Shown piece by piece: positions 1 to 11,985 of a stretch of DNA of 64,000 nucleotides; within the stretch, counting starts at the first letter, position 1, and the number at the start of each line of letters is the position of its first letter. Made by a program: the position numbers and the translations under genes. The stretch covers positions 2,356,001 through 2,420,000 of the forward strand of contig OY740804.1 of NCBI GenBank assembly GCA_963514005.1, in the 5' to 3' direction. The DNA is from Raja brachyura (taxonomy: Eukaryota). The notes beneath the pieces are model-generated. The model had not been told where the DNA came from. It did not search any database and was given only the letters and a program-made list of their open reading frames with translations.

Positions 1-88
1 CGGGCTGGCGGGTTCTTCACGTAGTCTCTCCAACTTCTCATAAAATAAAGATCAAACTTCAAACGGTAAGTTCTCGTTTAATCTTTCC
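1..88 (+). mobile_element. 3' terminus of a DIRS-type retrotransposon (element extends upstream of the window)
   Basis: ttcttcacgta...ctcataaaataaagatcaaacttcaaacggtaagttctcgtttaatct closely matches the reverse complement of the terminus of the full DIRS copy at 2940-3030. Confidence 0.75.
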
Positions 89-1184
89 ATTAATCCTATA
101 ATTCAGATGAAATAGGATGTCATTGAATGAGCTTCATATGTTTTAAGAGGTAGTGTCTCTTTAAGTTGCAGTTGTGTGGTGGTGGAGCCACATGCAGTTA
201 TTTTCTGTTCCTTTGTTCTGGAAATGCATTAGCTATCTATGTGGAAAGTAACTGTTTATTCTCTGTCTTCTCAACTTTTAACAGTTAGAGATGCAAATAT
301 GCAGTTTTATCAGTGTTTTAAGTTTTTTTTTCTATTTCTTACCTTTTGAATTGAGTTGAGGATACCTTGCGTTTGTCCTAGTGTCTGACCTTTCAGCTAA
401 GGAAATGTGCAGACACTCAAGGTCAGAAGCAAACTGTTTCAATCTGCAAAGATAATAATGCACCTTCCTTGAGCATAACCAGATATGGACAATAGCTTTT
501 CTGAAATCGGAAGAAACTATAGGGCTTTAATATTGCCATATATGGACATGGCGGGACTGTGCGAGAATGTTCTATAAGATAAAGAATTGCTGAATTGCTG
601 ACTGATTTGGGTATAAGTATCCGCATGTGCTGTGCATCTTTGTATATACTATCATACTCAGAGTTTCCTCCCACACCAGCTTGGCGAAATAAAGACGTTA
701 CTGCTTATTACTAACTTTATTGTGTGGTTGTAAAATTATGAGAGCCAGATAGGGTCGACAGTCAGTACCAATTTCCCATGGTGGAAATGCCAAAGACTAG
801 AGGGCATCGCTTTAGGATGAGACAGGCAACAGGGGCACAGAGGGTGGAGGGTGCCTGGAACCCGCTGCTGTGGGTGGTGGAGGTAGATACAATAGTTACA
901 ATAGAGGCTTTCTCTAAAACATCTCATGGATACGCAGATAATAGAAGATTATGGATCACATGCAGGCAGAGGAGATTAGCTTAACTTGGCATCATGTTCA
1001 GCATGGACATTGTGGGCCGAAGGGCCTGTTCCTGTGCTGTGCTGTGCTGTTCCATGTTCTATGTTACATAGTCTTCTCAATCATATCTTGAGAAGAACAT
1101 TTTCCAGAGGTGCCCTGGTACCACCAGTGTGACATTCATTATATCTGCTGCAGTCAATGAGTGTGTTGTGAAAACAGCCAGAGG

Positions 1185-2939
1185 AGACAATAGACAATAG
1201 GTGCATGAGTAGGCCATTCGGCCCTTCGAACCAGCACTGCCATTCAATGTGATCATGGCTGATCATCCCCAATCAGTACCCCGTTCCTGCCTTCTCCCCA
1301 TATCCCCTGACTCTGCTATTTTTAAGAGCCCTATCTAGCTCTCTCTTGAAAGTGTCCAGAAAACCGGCCCCCACCGCCCTCTGAGGCAGAGAATGTCACA
1401 GACTCTCTGTGAGAAAAAGTATTTCCTCGTCTCTGTTCTAAATGGCTTACCACTTATTCTTAAACTGTGGCGCATGGTTCTGCACACCCCCAACATTGGT
1501 AACATATTTCGTGCCTCTAGCGTGTCCAAACCCTTAACAATCTTATATGTTTCAATAAGATCCTCTCTCATCTTTCTAAACTCCAGAGTGTACAAGGCCA
1601 GCTGTTCCATTCTCTCAGCATATGACAGTCCCGCCATCCCGGGAATTAACCTTGTAAACCTATGCTGTACTCCCTCAATAGCAAGAATGTCCTTCCTCAA
1701 ATTAGGGGACTAAAAATGCGCACAATTCTCCAGGTGTGGTCTCACTAGGGCCCTGTACAACTGCAGAAGGACCTCTTTGCTCCTATACTCGACTCCTCTT
1801 GTTATAAAGGCCAACATGCCATTCGCTTTCTTCACTGCTTGCTGTACCTGCATGCTTACTTTCATAGACTGATGAACAAGGACCACCAGATCCTGTTGTA
1901 CTTCCCCTTTTCCCAACTTGACACGATTTAGTAATCTGCCTTCATGTTTTTGATACCAAAGTGAATAACCTCACATTTATCCACATTAAACTTCATCTGC
2001 CATCCATCTGCCCACTCCCCCAACCTGTCCAAGTCACCCTGCATTCTCATAGCATCTTCCTCACAGTTCACGCTGCCACCCAGCTTTGTGTCATCTGCAA
2101 ATTTGCTAATGTTACTTTGAATCCCTTCATCCAAATCATTGATGAATATTGTAAATAGCTGCGGTCCCAGCACCGAGCCTTGCAGTACCCCACTAGTCAC
2201 TGCCTGCCATTCTGAAAGGGACCCGTTAATCCCTACTCTTTGTTTCCTGTCTGCCAACCAATTTTCTATCCATGTCAGCACTCTACCCTCAATACAATGT
2301 GCCCTAATTTTGCCCACTAATCTTCTATGTGGGACCTTATCAAATGCTTTCTGAAAGTCCAGGTACACTCCATCCACTAGCTCACCCTTGTCCATTTTCC
2401 TAGTTACATCCTCAAAATATTCCAGAAGATTAGTCAGGCATGATTTCCCCTTCGTAAATCCATGCTGACTCGGACCGATCCTGTTACTGCTATCCAAATG
2501 TGCGGCTATTTCATCTTTTATAATTGACTCCAGCATCGTCCCCACCACCGATGTCAGGCTAACTGGTGTATAATTCCCTGTTTTCTCTCTCCCGCCTTTC
2601 TTAAAAAGTGGGATAACATTAGCTACCCTCCAATCGACAGGAAGTGATCCTGAATCTATAGAACATTGGAAAATTATGACTAATACATCCATGATTTCTA
2701 GAGCCACTTCCTTAAGTACCCTGGGATGCAGACTATCAGGCCCTGGGGATTTATCAGCCTTCAGTCCCATCGGTCTACCCAACATAATTTCCTGCCAAAT
2801 GTGGATTTCCTTCAGTTCCTCCGTCACCCCAGATCCTCTGGCCACTACTATATCAGGAAGATTGTTTGTGTCCTCCTGAGTGAAGACGGATCCAAAGTAC
2901 CTGTTCAACTCATCTGCCATTTCCTTGTTCCCCATAATA
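1185..2939 (-). mobile_element. CR1 LINE, 3' part of ORF2 (RT) and 3' tail; host of the DIRS insertion
   Basis: ORF 1928-2935 has CR1 RT motifs (KSPGPD, YLDFQKAFDKVPH, QGSVLGP, KFADDTK). The downstream ORFs are frameshifted. There is a (GACAATA)n-type tail at about 1185-1200. The element continues at 7851-8390. Confidence 0.95.
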
Positions 2940-3163
2940 GTGAGATTAAACGAGAACTTACCTGTTCGAAGTTTGATCTTTATTTTATGAGGAGTTACGA
3001 TGAGGGATTACGTGAAGAAGACCCCGCCTGGCGCTGGAACGGCATACTTCAAAGCAGCGGCATGAAAAACACAGAACCAAATAGCCGGAGTAAAATAGTA
3101 AGGCTCAAAATAGACTAGAACTACCAGATGATCATTTATATTATGAGGGTTGGGAGTGGAGGG

Positions 3164-3276
3164 CACGTAATCCCTCATCGTAACTCCTCATAAAATAAAG
3201 ATCAAACTTCGAACAGGTAAGTTCTCGTTTAATCTCACTATTTTACTTCGGAGTCACGTGAGTGACTACGTGAAGA
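3164..3276. repeat. DIRS internal complementary region (ICR)
   Basis: 3164-3238 is the reverse complement of 2940-3014, followed by TAT, then 3242-3276 is the reverse complement of 7816-7850. Confidence 0.92.
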
Positions 3277-3527
3277 TTTTAAAGCCCTGTGTTTTCCATG
3301 TCGTAAACTCATTTCATACGACTCTCTGTTTGGTCAAAACAGTAGTGAGTAAAAATATTTTAACACATTGTTATATTTTATGTAATAAGTCCTTTAATTA
3401 TAAAAAAGAACAACTTTTTTAAAATAAGAACCCCTCTATTGCAGGGGAAAATTACAACAATTGATAAATGATGTAAATGGTAACATAAATCGATAATATA
3501 AATCGATAATATAAACAAAGCAAGCAT

Positions 3528-4486
3528 TTAAAGGGAACCCAGTACTGCGTGTCCAAATCCTGGCACCGTGACAACAGGTTTATTGTAGAACTTTGAAAAA
3601 GTTTCTTCTCTAGACCACCCTGCGGCCTCTAAAATTTGATCGAGTGGTACGTCCTGTACCTTCGCCGCGGACGTAGCTGCTGCCCTAGTGGAGTGAGATT
3701 TAAACACATCAGTGTCTATTCCTGCTAGACCCAAAACCTGTTTTAACCATCTAGAAATGGTTTGAACTGAAACTTTTGTATGTGGTTTTTTGTGTGTTAT
3801 TAATAACGCTTTCTCAGAACCTCTGAGACTTTTGGTTACCTCCATGTATTGAGTTAAATGCTTAACTACACACAACGTTTCATCAATAGGATATGCTTTA
3901 AACATTACCTTCATTCCAGTTTTCCCTGGTCTGCTTTGTTTGATCAAGTCATAGACATAAAACACAATGTTATCTGTAGTCACATGCATGCAATCCAACC
4001 TTAACAATTGCAAAGTCTGTACTCTTTGAGCTGATACCAATGCCATTAACATAACCACCTTGAATGTTAAGTTCTGCAAAGACATTGAATTAATTGGAGT
4101 CCATTGTTTAAGCAAAGTGAGAACAATGCTAACATCCCAAATTTCTGTATATCTGGGCTTGGGAGGATTTTTATTAAAAATACCTTTCATGAATCGGGAT
4201 ACTAATGGGTGAGACCCAACTGAATCTCGATCCGAAATTTGTCCTAAATAGGATGACAATGCACTCCGAGCACAATTAATGGCACTATAACTCAAATGCT
4301 CATCAAAGTGTAACCCAGCAAGGAACTCCAATACATTTGAAATGTTTGCAGTATGATAAGATATCTTTGCCTGTGTACAAAAGGCTTCCCATTTCTAATA
4401 TGCGACATATATTGTTTTCTAGTGCTAGTCCTCCAAACTGTATCTATAACATCCATGGTCCTGTCCGACAGTTCAAACTCTTGCAA
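3528..4486 (-). pseudogene. DIRS tyrosine recombinase, split by a frameshift (ORFs 4292-4486 and 3528-4331)
   Basis: Catalytic residues present: SAQR(R), HSTR (H-x-x-R), AAGW, KFY(Y). The N-terminal WRTSTRKQY segment is in another frame. Confidence 0.9.
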
Positions 4487-4494
4487 TGGTCTGG

Positions 4495-5607
4495 TCAGAA
4501 CCTGCAGATTAACAAATTCATATGATCATGCAATGGATGAATTTCTTTTGTTACTGGTTGTGTCAACAGATTGTCGCAACTGGGAATTGTCATACATGGT
4601 TCAATAATCATTTCTAGCATCAATGGGAACCATGACTGCGTGGGCCAATTTGGCACCACCAAAATGCCTTTGGCAGCGTCTTGCGCTATTTTCTTGAGAC
4701 ATTGCCCAATGAGACAGAATGGGGGAAAAGCATAAAAGAACGTATCCCCCCAGTGTAGCGAGAAAGCATCCACCGCTACTGCCCCCGGATCGTGTTCCCA
4801 AGACACGTATTTCGGCAATTGGTGATTCAATCTAGATGCAAACAGATCAATGTCCGGTACTCCATACCGACTGACAATATTTTTGAAAATTTGTGGATTT
4901 AACATCCATTCTGTATTGTCTTTAAATATTCGTGATCTTTTGTCTGCCACAACATTGTTTCTCCCTGGGAGATAAATAGCTGAAAGCCAAATATTTTTTG
5001 TAATACACCATTGCCATATCTGGTTTACCAGATGATCACATGGAATTGATCTGACACCACCCATGTGATTGATATATGCCACAGCTGTGGTATTATCTAT
5101 TTGTACTTGGACATGTAAATCCTTTAATGAAGAGCAATAAGCTTTTAATCCATAGAATGCTCCCAGTAACTCCAAATAATTAATACCATATGTTTGGAGC
5201 AATAAATCCTCTTGGACAGCCCATCTGCCTCCACAGCTGGTCTCATTGTCCGTAGCCCCCCATCCGAGAGAACTTGCGTCAGTTTGTAATACCACGACTG
5301 GCTGATGAACTAAAATGTTTTTAGCAGCTTGTGGAACATTCTCAATCCACCATTGTAATTCCGATAAAGCTTCCTTAGGCAATTGCATTGGCCTATCAAA
5401 ATGGCCTGCTCGCTGAATTAGTGCTTTAGTTTTTGCCCTTTGAAGATTCTGGTAATGTAAACGACCAAATTCTACTGCTGGAAATGCTGCTACCAATTTA
5501 CCAATACCCTTGGCAACCTCTCGGATGGAGGGATAAGGTTTGTTAATCAATTTTTGACATACATTTGTCAAATCTAACTCCTTATTCATTGGTAAAGTTA
5601 CCAACAT
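4495..5607 (-). pseudogene. DIRS RNase H plus DNA adenine-methyltransferase-like domain
   Basis: TDASSLGWG, INYLEL, DNTTAVAYINHMGG, NVVAD (RNase H); DLFASRLN...DAFS...YAFPPF (DIRS MT-like domain). Separated from RT by a frameshift near 5610. Confidence 0.9.
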
Positions 5608-5613
5608 GGTGAC

Positions 5614-6693
5614 TCAGTTAATCAGAAACCCCAGATATTCAATGGTTTGGGACGGCTGTAACTTAGACTTTGTTGGATGGATCAGAAACCCCAACTTCTC
5701 CAACAAGCTAATAGTTGCTGAGACTGATTCCCCAGCTAATTCCTGATTAGCATTGACAATTAAAATGTCATCTAGATAAGCCATAACGATGTGTTTTTGT
5801 GCCCTTAACAGTGCAAGTGCTGGCTTTAACAATTTAGTGAACAATCTAGGTGCTGAACTTAATCCATTTGGCAAAGCTTTGTATTGCCACAGCTGTCCCA
5901 TCCATTTAAACTTTAAATACCTGCGAAAATCATGACGAATTGAGACCGAATAATATGCATCCTTCAAGTCTATTGTAGCCATATAACAACCTGTTGATAC
6001 CAACTGCATTGCAGTGTAGAAAGTGTCCATTTTAAAATGTTTATACTGGACAAATGTATTCAAAAATGTGAGATCTAAAATGATCCTACAACCCCCATCT
6101 TTCTTCAGTCTGGGGAAAATGTTTGATATAATTTGTTGTGGATCCTCTCCTGTTCTCTCGATAACTCCTTTTTTACTCAAACTCTTAATCTCTTTGTCCA
6201 TTTGATTAACCTCAAACTCGGAGAACCTTAAAGGATGACTAGGGTCATACTGTCCCAATGGAACCATACCTTCCACAAAATCAATGGTAGATCCTTGTAC
6301 AGTGTCTAATACCACACGATCAACTGTAATATTGTCCCATTCCTTATAAAACATTTGGAGTCTACCGCCAATCTGTGGCCCATCCCAGCATTCCTTTTTA
6401 ATAGGATAATGTTTATGTACCTCTCCAGCTGGACGAGATGATCTCCTTTTCCCAAGGAATGGGTGTACATTCGGCTGTGTTGGCTGGAAATTCATCCTTA
6501 TCATACTCCTGCCTCGGCTTGTACCAGCTCCAAAATCAAATCTCTTCCTTGAATAGCCAGACCATCTCTGGCCAAAGTTGAAGGGTCTCATACGACCAAA
6601 AGTTTTTGCTTCTTCATCTATTTCTTTAATTTGTTTAGACAAATCCTCTCCGAACAAAAACCCAGGAGTTTGAACATTGCTTGGTTTACACAA
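5614..6693 (-). pseudogene. DIRS reverse transcriptase (with gag C-terminus in frame)
   Basis: GGRL, KKDGGCRIILDL, IDLKDAY, LPNGLSSAPRLF, YLDD motifs. Confidence 0.92.
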
Positions 6694-6750
6694 TCCTGCA
6701 AATCTTGGATGTAACAGAGGTCGAATGGCAATCTTCCTCGTGCAATTAAT

Positions 6751-7695
6751 CTAAAAAAATGAGTTGCAAAATAAGGCCAACATATGTTTCTGCACTTTGG
6801 TCATTCCACAACCTTCCACTTGTCTGCCAAATGCAGTAATGCCAGCTGAAATCAGCTTGAGGACTCTTTGAAATCGAATTTCCTGCGCCCGCATAATTGA
6901 TGACATAGGCGCCCAAACAACTGGATTCACCGTAGGTACCTTTAATGAGGCACAATTGATAGGTGTTTTATACATTTCTGTTGTCTCAACCATAACAGCA
7001 TCTTGAAGCGGGTGAGAGACCATATAATTAATATTGGCCGCCAGGTTTACTTCCATGGCCTCACCGCTTCCTCCAGGTATAGCAAAATCTTGTGCCACAT
7101 CAGGCACACCTGGATCCATATATTTGAATTGTGGTGTGTCCTCCGGACCACAAACACCACTTGCAGGGTCTGTCTCATACAGCCCTGGTACTCCTGAAAC
7201 TTGTTCAAAGGAGACTTCCTCCAGTCCATACCCAGGCACTGGGGTTTCAAATTCCCAATTCGAATTGGCACCATATTCACGATATGGAACCCCCTCAGGG
7301 GCTGCCTGGGAATATTCTGGGTTCGTAGACCCTTGGTTGATTATAGTCTGGAGCATTTTCTCCATTTGGTCCATCCTGAGCCATAAGGCTTTCTTTTCTG
7401 GACCTTCAGAATCAGAGTCCTCTGAAACCCCAGGCCCTGCAGCTTTTCTTTTACTTTTTTGAGGCACTGGGATTTCCTCTACAGTTTCTGTTTGTGGAGC
7501 AATCAAAGCCTCACTAACGGGTGTTTCAACGGCCGCCGGTATCGGAACCGGCTCCGCAATAAACTGCTGTCCCGACTCTTCTGCACCCCGGGACGCACGT
7601 TTTACCCGCTGTTTCTTGGCCTTCTCCATTTTATTTTTTCCTCTAACTCCTCCTGGTTTACCCACCAGGCTACGGAGTTCTGAAACCTCGCCCAA
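6751..7695 (-). pseudogene. DIRS gag-like ORF1 ending at a premature TAG
   Basis: Highly similar to ORF 8609-9601 of the second copy, which has GAG (Glu) where this copy has TAG. Confidence 0.85.
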
Positions 7696-7850
7696 AATTT
7701 TGTAAAACTTTCTTACCTGCGGGCCGGTTCCTTACCGCTGTGTGGAGCTGCGCTCTGCAGCTCTTTCGTTGCCGACAGCGACGACGTAATGCCGTTCCAG
7801 CGCCAGGCGGGGTCTTCTTCACGTAGTCACTCACGTGACTCCGAAGTAAA

Positions 7851-8390
7851 ATAAATGTACCTTTCTCAGTCTTGAAGGGTCCAACTTTGGTCTTAACTAA
7901 TGTTTTCCTCTTCACATACCTAAAGAAGCTTTTACTATCCTGCTTTATATTCTTGCCTAGCTTACCTTCGTACCTCATCTTTTATCCCCGTATTGTCTTT
8001 TTGGTTATTTTCTATTGCTCTTTAAACATTACCCAATCGTCTTGCTTCCCGCTCATCTTTGCTGCGTTGTACTTCTTCTCTTTAATTGTTATACTGTCCC
8101 TGACGTCCCTTGTCAGCCACAGTCACCCCTTACTCCCCTTGGAATCGTTCTTCCTCTGTGGAATTAATTGATCCTGCCCCTTCTGTATTATTCCTAGAAA
8201 TACTTGCCATTGTTGTTCCATTGTCATCCCTGCTAGTGTATCTTTCCAGTCAACTTTGGCCAGCTCCTCCCTCATGGCCCCATAGTCCCATTTATGCAAC
8301 TGTAACACTGACACCTCTGATCGACTCTTTTCCCTCTCCAATTGTAGATTAAACCTGACCATATTATGGTCACTACCTTCTAATGGCTCA
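7851..8390 (-). mobile_element. CR1 LINE ORF2 middle segment (continuation of 1185-2939)
   Basis: SDHNMVRFNL...KTKVGPFKTEKGTFI joins directly to MGNKEMADELN at 2935 when the DIRS is removed. Confidence 0.9.
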
Positions 8391-8391
8391 T

Positions 8392-9648
8392 TTTACTTCG
8401 GAGTCACGTGAGTGACTACGTGAAGAAGCCCCGCCTGGCGCTTGATTGGCATTACGTCTACGCTGTCGGTAGGAGAAGAGCTGCAGAGCGCAGCTCCACC
8501 AGCGGTAAGGAACAGGCCCGCAGGTAAGTAAATTATTTTACTTTCAGGGCATTGCAAACTCCGTGAGGCTGGTGGGTAAAGACTAGGAGGAGTTTAAAAA
8601 AAATTAAAATGGAGAAAGCTCCGAAAATATCGCGGGTAAAACGTGCGTCCCGGGGAGCAGAAGAAAAACAGGCGGGACAGCAGATTATTGCGGAGCCGGT
8701 TCCGATACCGGTGGCCATTGAAATACCCGTTAGTGAGCCTTTGGTTGCTCCACAAGCAGAAGCCACGGAGGAAAGTCCAGTGACTAAAAAAAGTAAAAGA
8801 AAATCTGAGAGGCCCGTGGTTTCTGATCACTCTGATACTGAAAGTCCTCCAGATAGAAAAGCCTTATGGCTTAGAGTGGAACAAATGGAGAAAATGCTCC
8901 AGTCATTATTCAACCAAGGGTCCAAGTACCCAGAATATTCCCAGGCAGCCCCTGAGGGGGTTCCATATCATGAATATGGTGCCAGATCGAATTGGGAATT
9001 TGAAACTCCAGAGACTGGGATTGGGCTGGAGGAAGTCTCCTTTGAGCAAGTCTCAGGAGTACCAGGGCTGCATGAGACTGATCCTGAAGGTGGTGATTTC
9101 GGTCATGAGTACCCACCACAATACAAAAATATTGTTCCAGGTGTGCCTGATGTGGCACAATGTTTTGCTATACATGGAGGAGGCGGTGAGGCCATGGAAG
9201 AAAACCTGGCGGCCAACATTAATTATTTGGTCTCTCACCAGCTTCAAGAAGCTGTGATGGTTGATACAGCAGAATTATATAAAACACCTATTAATTGTAC
9301 CTCACTGAAGGTACCTACGGTGAATCCGTCCATTTGGGCGCCAATGTCTTCAATTATGCGGGCGCAGGAAATACGATTTCAAAGAGTCCTCAAACTGATT
9401 TCGGCTGGGATCACTGCTTTTGGAAGGCAAGTGGAAGGTTGTGGAATGACCAAAGTTCAGAAGCATATGTTGGCATTATTCTGCAACTCATTTTTTGAGA
9501 TTAATTGTATGAGGAAGATTGCCATTCGGCCCATTTTCATCCAAGATTTGCAGGTTTGTGCAGATCAAGCAATGTTCAAGGTCCTGGTTATTTGTTCGTA
9601 GAAAATCTGTCTAAACAAATTAAAGAGATTGATGAAGAGGCAAAGACC
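8392..9648 (+). mobile_element. Second DIRS copy, 5' terminus plus gag, truncated by a rearrangement
   Basis: Starts with the same terminus tttacttcggagtcacgtgagtgactacgtgaagaag. gag ORF 8609-9601. Homology stops at EEAKT (9648). Confidence 0.9.
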
Positions 9649-10656
9649 TCTGCTTGCACGAGGCTGAAGGGCTTGGCCAAGTAGATACAAGGATCGAACC
9701 CGCACAGGTTTAGGTATCGTATAGGGGAATTTGTTGTGCTAACCAAAAATAAAGATGAGTTGTTCCAGTGCTTGAATCAGTGGTTTTTGACTGAACTAGA
9801 CTGGGGGTAAGCTTGAGAAGAACATATTTACGCCCTCCCCCCCCCACTCTACCCCTGTCCCTCTCCCACTACGCCTTACCTCTCTCTCTCTACCCCCCTT
9901 GCACTCTGCCTCGCTCCCTCTCTACCCCCCCCCCCTCTACCCTCCCTCTCTAGCACCCCTCCCTCTCTAGGTATTGAAGAGGGAGGGTGAAGAGGAGGAG
10001 GAGGGGATACGGAGAAATGAGCCATGCCTGCACAGTTGGGGGCTATTCGTGAGTGGTGGAATATTGCGTTGGGGAACGGGTTGCGTTGGGGAACGGGTGA
10101 GTGGTGGAATATTGCTTTGGGGGAGCAGACCCAATGGTTCTGCACTTGGTCTGCACAGTAATTTTATATCATTCTATCAGGTCTATGGGTGTTTCTATAG
10201 TGGCAGCCCTCCACTGTCTACCCTGGTCTATCAGGTCTCAGCTATTCCAAGTAAACCAGACCATAATAGTACAAGACAAAGTATGTGGGACATCACCGGT
10301 GGTGCAGTGTCCATCGTGGTTGTGTAAGGTTGAGGTGGGTGGCGTAGGATTGTAGTTGGGATGTGCATGTTGGTTCAACAACCTTGTGCTTGCTGGGAAG
10401 AAGCTGCTCTTGAACCTGGAGGTCACGGCCCTCAGGCTCCCGTACCTTCCCCTGTGGTAGTGGTGATAAGAGAGTGTGGCCAGGGTGGTGTGGGGCTTTA
10501 GCTGGAAGACCAGACTCCATATGGAGGTAAGAAGGAAGCTTGTGACCTCCGTCCTGGTCAGCAGAGTTAACACAACTTCTCCACACACTCCCAACGAGGG
10601 TCAAAACTGGATGCTAATCAGCAGCCCTAACAATGCACGAGGGCAATGCATGTGTG

Positions 10657-10965
10657 GCACAGTGGCGCAGCGGTAGAGTTGCTGCCTTACAGCGCTACAG
10701 ACCCGCCTTCGATTGTGACTACAGGTACTGTCTGTACGGTGTTTGTACGTTCTCCCTGTGACCGTGTGGGTTTCCTCCGGGTGCTCTGGTTTCTTTTCAG
10801 ATTACAAAGACGTGCAGATTTTGTAGGTTAATTGGCTTCAGTAAATTGTCCGTAGTGTGTAGGTTAGAACTAGTGTACGGGTGATCACTGCTTGGATTGG
10901 ACTCGGTGGGCCGAAGGGCCTGTTTCCACGCTGTATCTCTAGGCAAAACAGAACTAAATTAAATT
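10657..10965 (+). mobile_element. tRNA-derived V-SINE (HE1-like)
   Basis: ggcacagtggcgcagcggtagagttgctgcc head, central gtttgtacgttctccctgtg...gggtttcctccgggtgctc domain, (CTAAA)-like tail. Mirrored at 19255-19565. Confidence 0.8.
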
Positions 10966-11100
10966 AAAGGCAACTGTATGACATTTAATCTGGTGATGTT
11001 GCCCGTAGTGAGCAAGAGTTGCACAAAGTTCACACCCAACTCAATGCTGGCGTACAAAGAATCACACACACCGGCTGACTTCAGGGCAGGCAGAAGAGAG

Positions 11101-11106
11101 TTTATT
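11101..11106 (-). terminator. Putative polyadenylation signal of V-domain gene A
   Basis: AATAAA on the minus strand followed by a GT-rich tract, in a block conserved in all three paralogs (19115-19120, 26216-26221). Confidence 0.5.
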
Positions 11107-11985
11107 TCCATTAAACGTACATTTACCGGAGCAAACAGGGTCAGTTCTCCTCACTGCATGCGATCCACGCTCACACCTTCCATGCTGCTCATCTTTATAC
11201 CTTTACTATTCCCTACTTAGTGCCATAGAGTCATACAGCACGGAGACAGGCCCTTCCCCCAATACCATGTGCTCTATTTTGCCCACTAATCTCCTATGTG
11301 GGACCTTATCAAATGCTTCCTGAAAGTCCAGGTACACTACATCCACTGGCTCTCCCTTATCCCCAGATCCTCTGGCCACTAGTACATCAGGGAGATTGTT
11401 TGTGTTCTCCTTAGTGAAGACGGATCCAAAGTACCTGTTCAACTCGTCTGCCATTTCCTTGTTCCCCATAATAAATTCGTCCTCTAAGGGTCCAATTTTG
11501 CCACTTCACATATCTAAAGAAGCTTTTACTATCCTCCTTTATATGCTTGGCTAGCTTACCTTCATACCTCATCTTTTCTCCCTGCATTGCTGTTTTAGTT
11601 ATCTTCTGTTGCTCTTTAAAAGTTACCCAATCCCCTGGCTTTCCGCTCATCTTTGCAATGTTATACGTGTTCTCTTTTATTTTTATAGTGTCCCTGAATT
11701 CCCTTGTCACCACGGTCGCCCCTTACTCCCCTTAGAATCTTTCTTCCTCTTTGGAATCCGGGTGCTCCGGTTTCGTCCCACATTCCAGAGATGTGCATGT
11801 TTGTAGGTTAATTGATCAGTGTAAATTGTATCTAGCGTGTGTGGGATAGAACTAGTATGTGGGGTGATCATTGGTCCCCATTGACTCTGTGGGCCGAAGG
11901 GTCTGTTTCCCTGCTGTACCTCTGAACTAAACTAAACTAAACTAAACTAGACTTTGCTACTGACCCTGGGACGGGCCCTGCTGAA

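Larger units (their letters stand above)
2940..7850 (-). mobile_element. Full-length DIRS1-like tyrosine-recombinase retrotransposon (mutated ORFs)
   Basis: gag, RT, RNase H/methyltransferase-like and YR ORFs. 37-bp inverted repeat 3009-3045/7789-7825. Internal complementary region 3164-3276. ATA on both flanks. Confidence 0.95.

Noticed and set aside
4495-4900. Stand-alone DNA methyltransferase or phage integrase suggesting horizontal transfer
   Set aside because: Both domains are standard components of DIRS1-like retrotransposons and lie within its termini
10978-11220. 80-aa ORF conserved in all three duplicated units
   Set aside because: Antisense to the predicted 3' UTR/polyA block and frameshifted in copy C. 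Conservation is explained by recent duplication.
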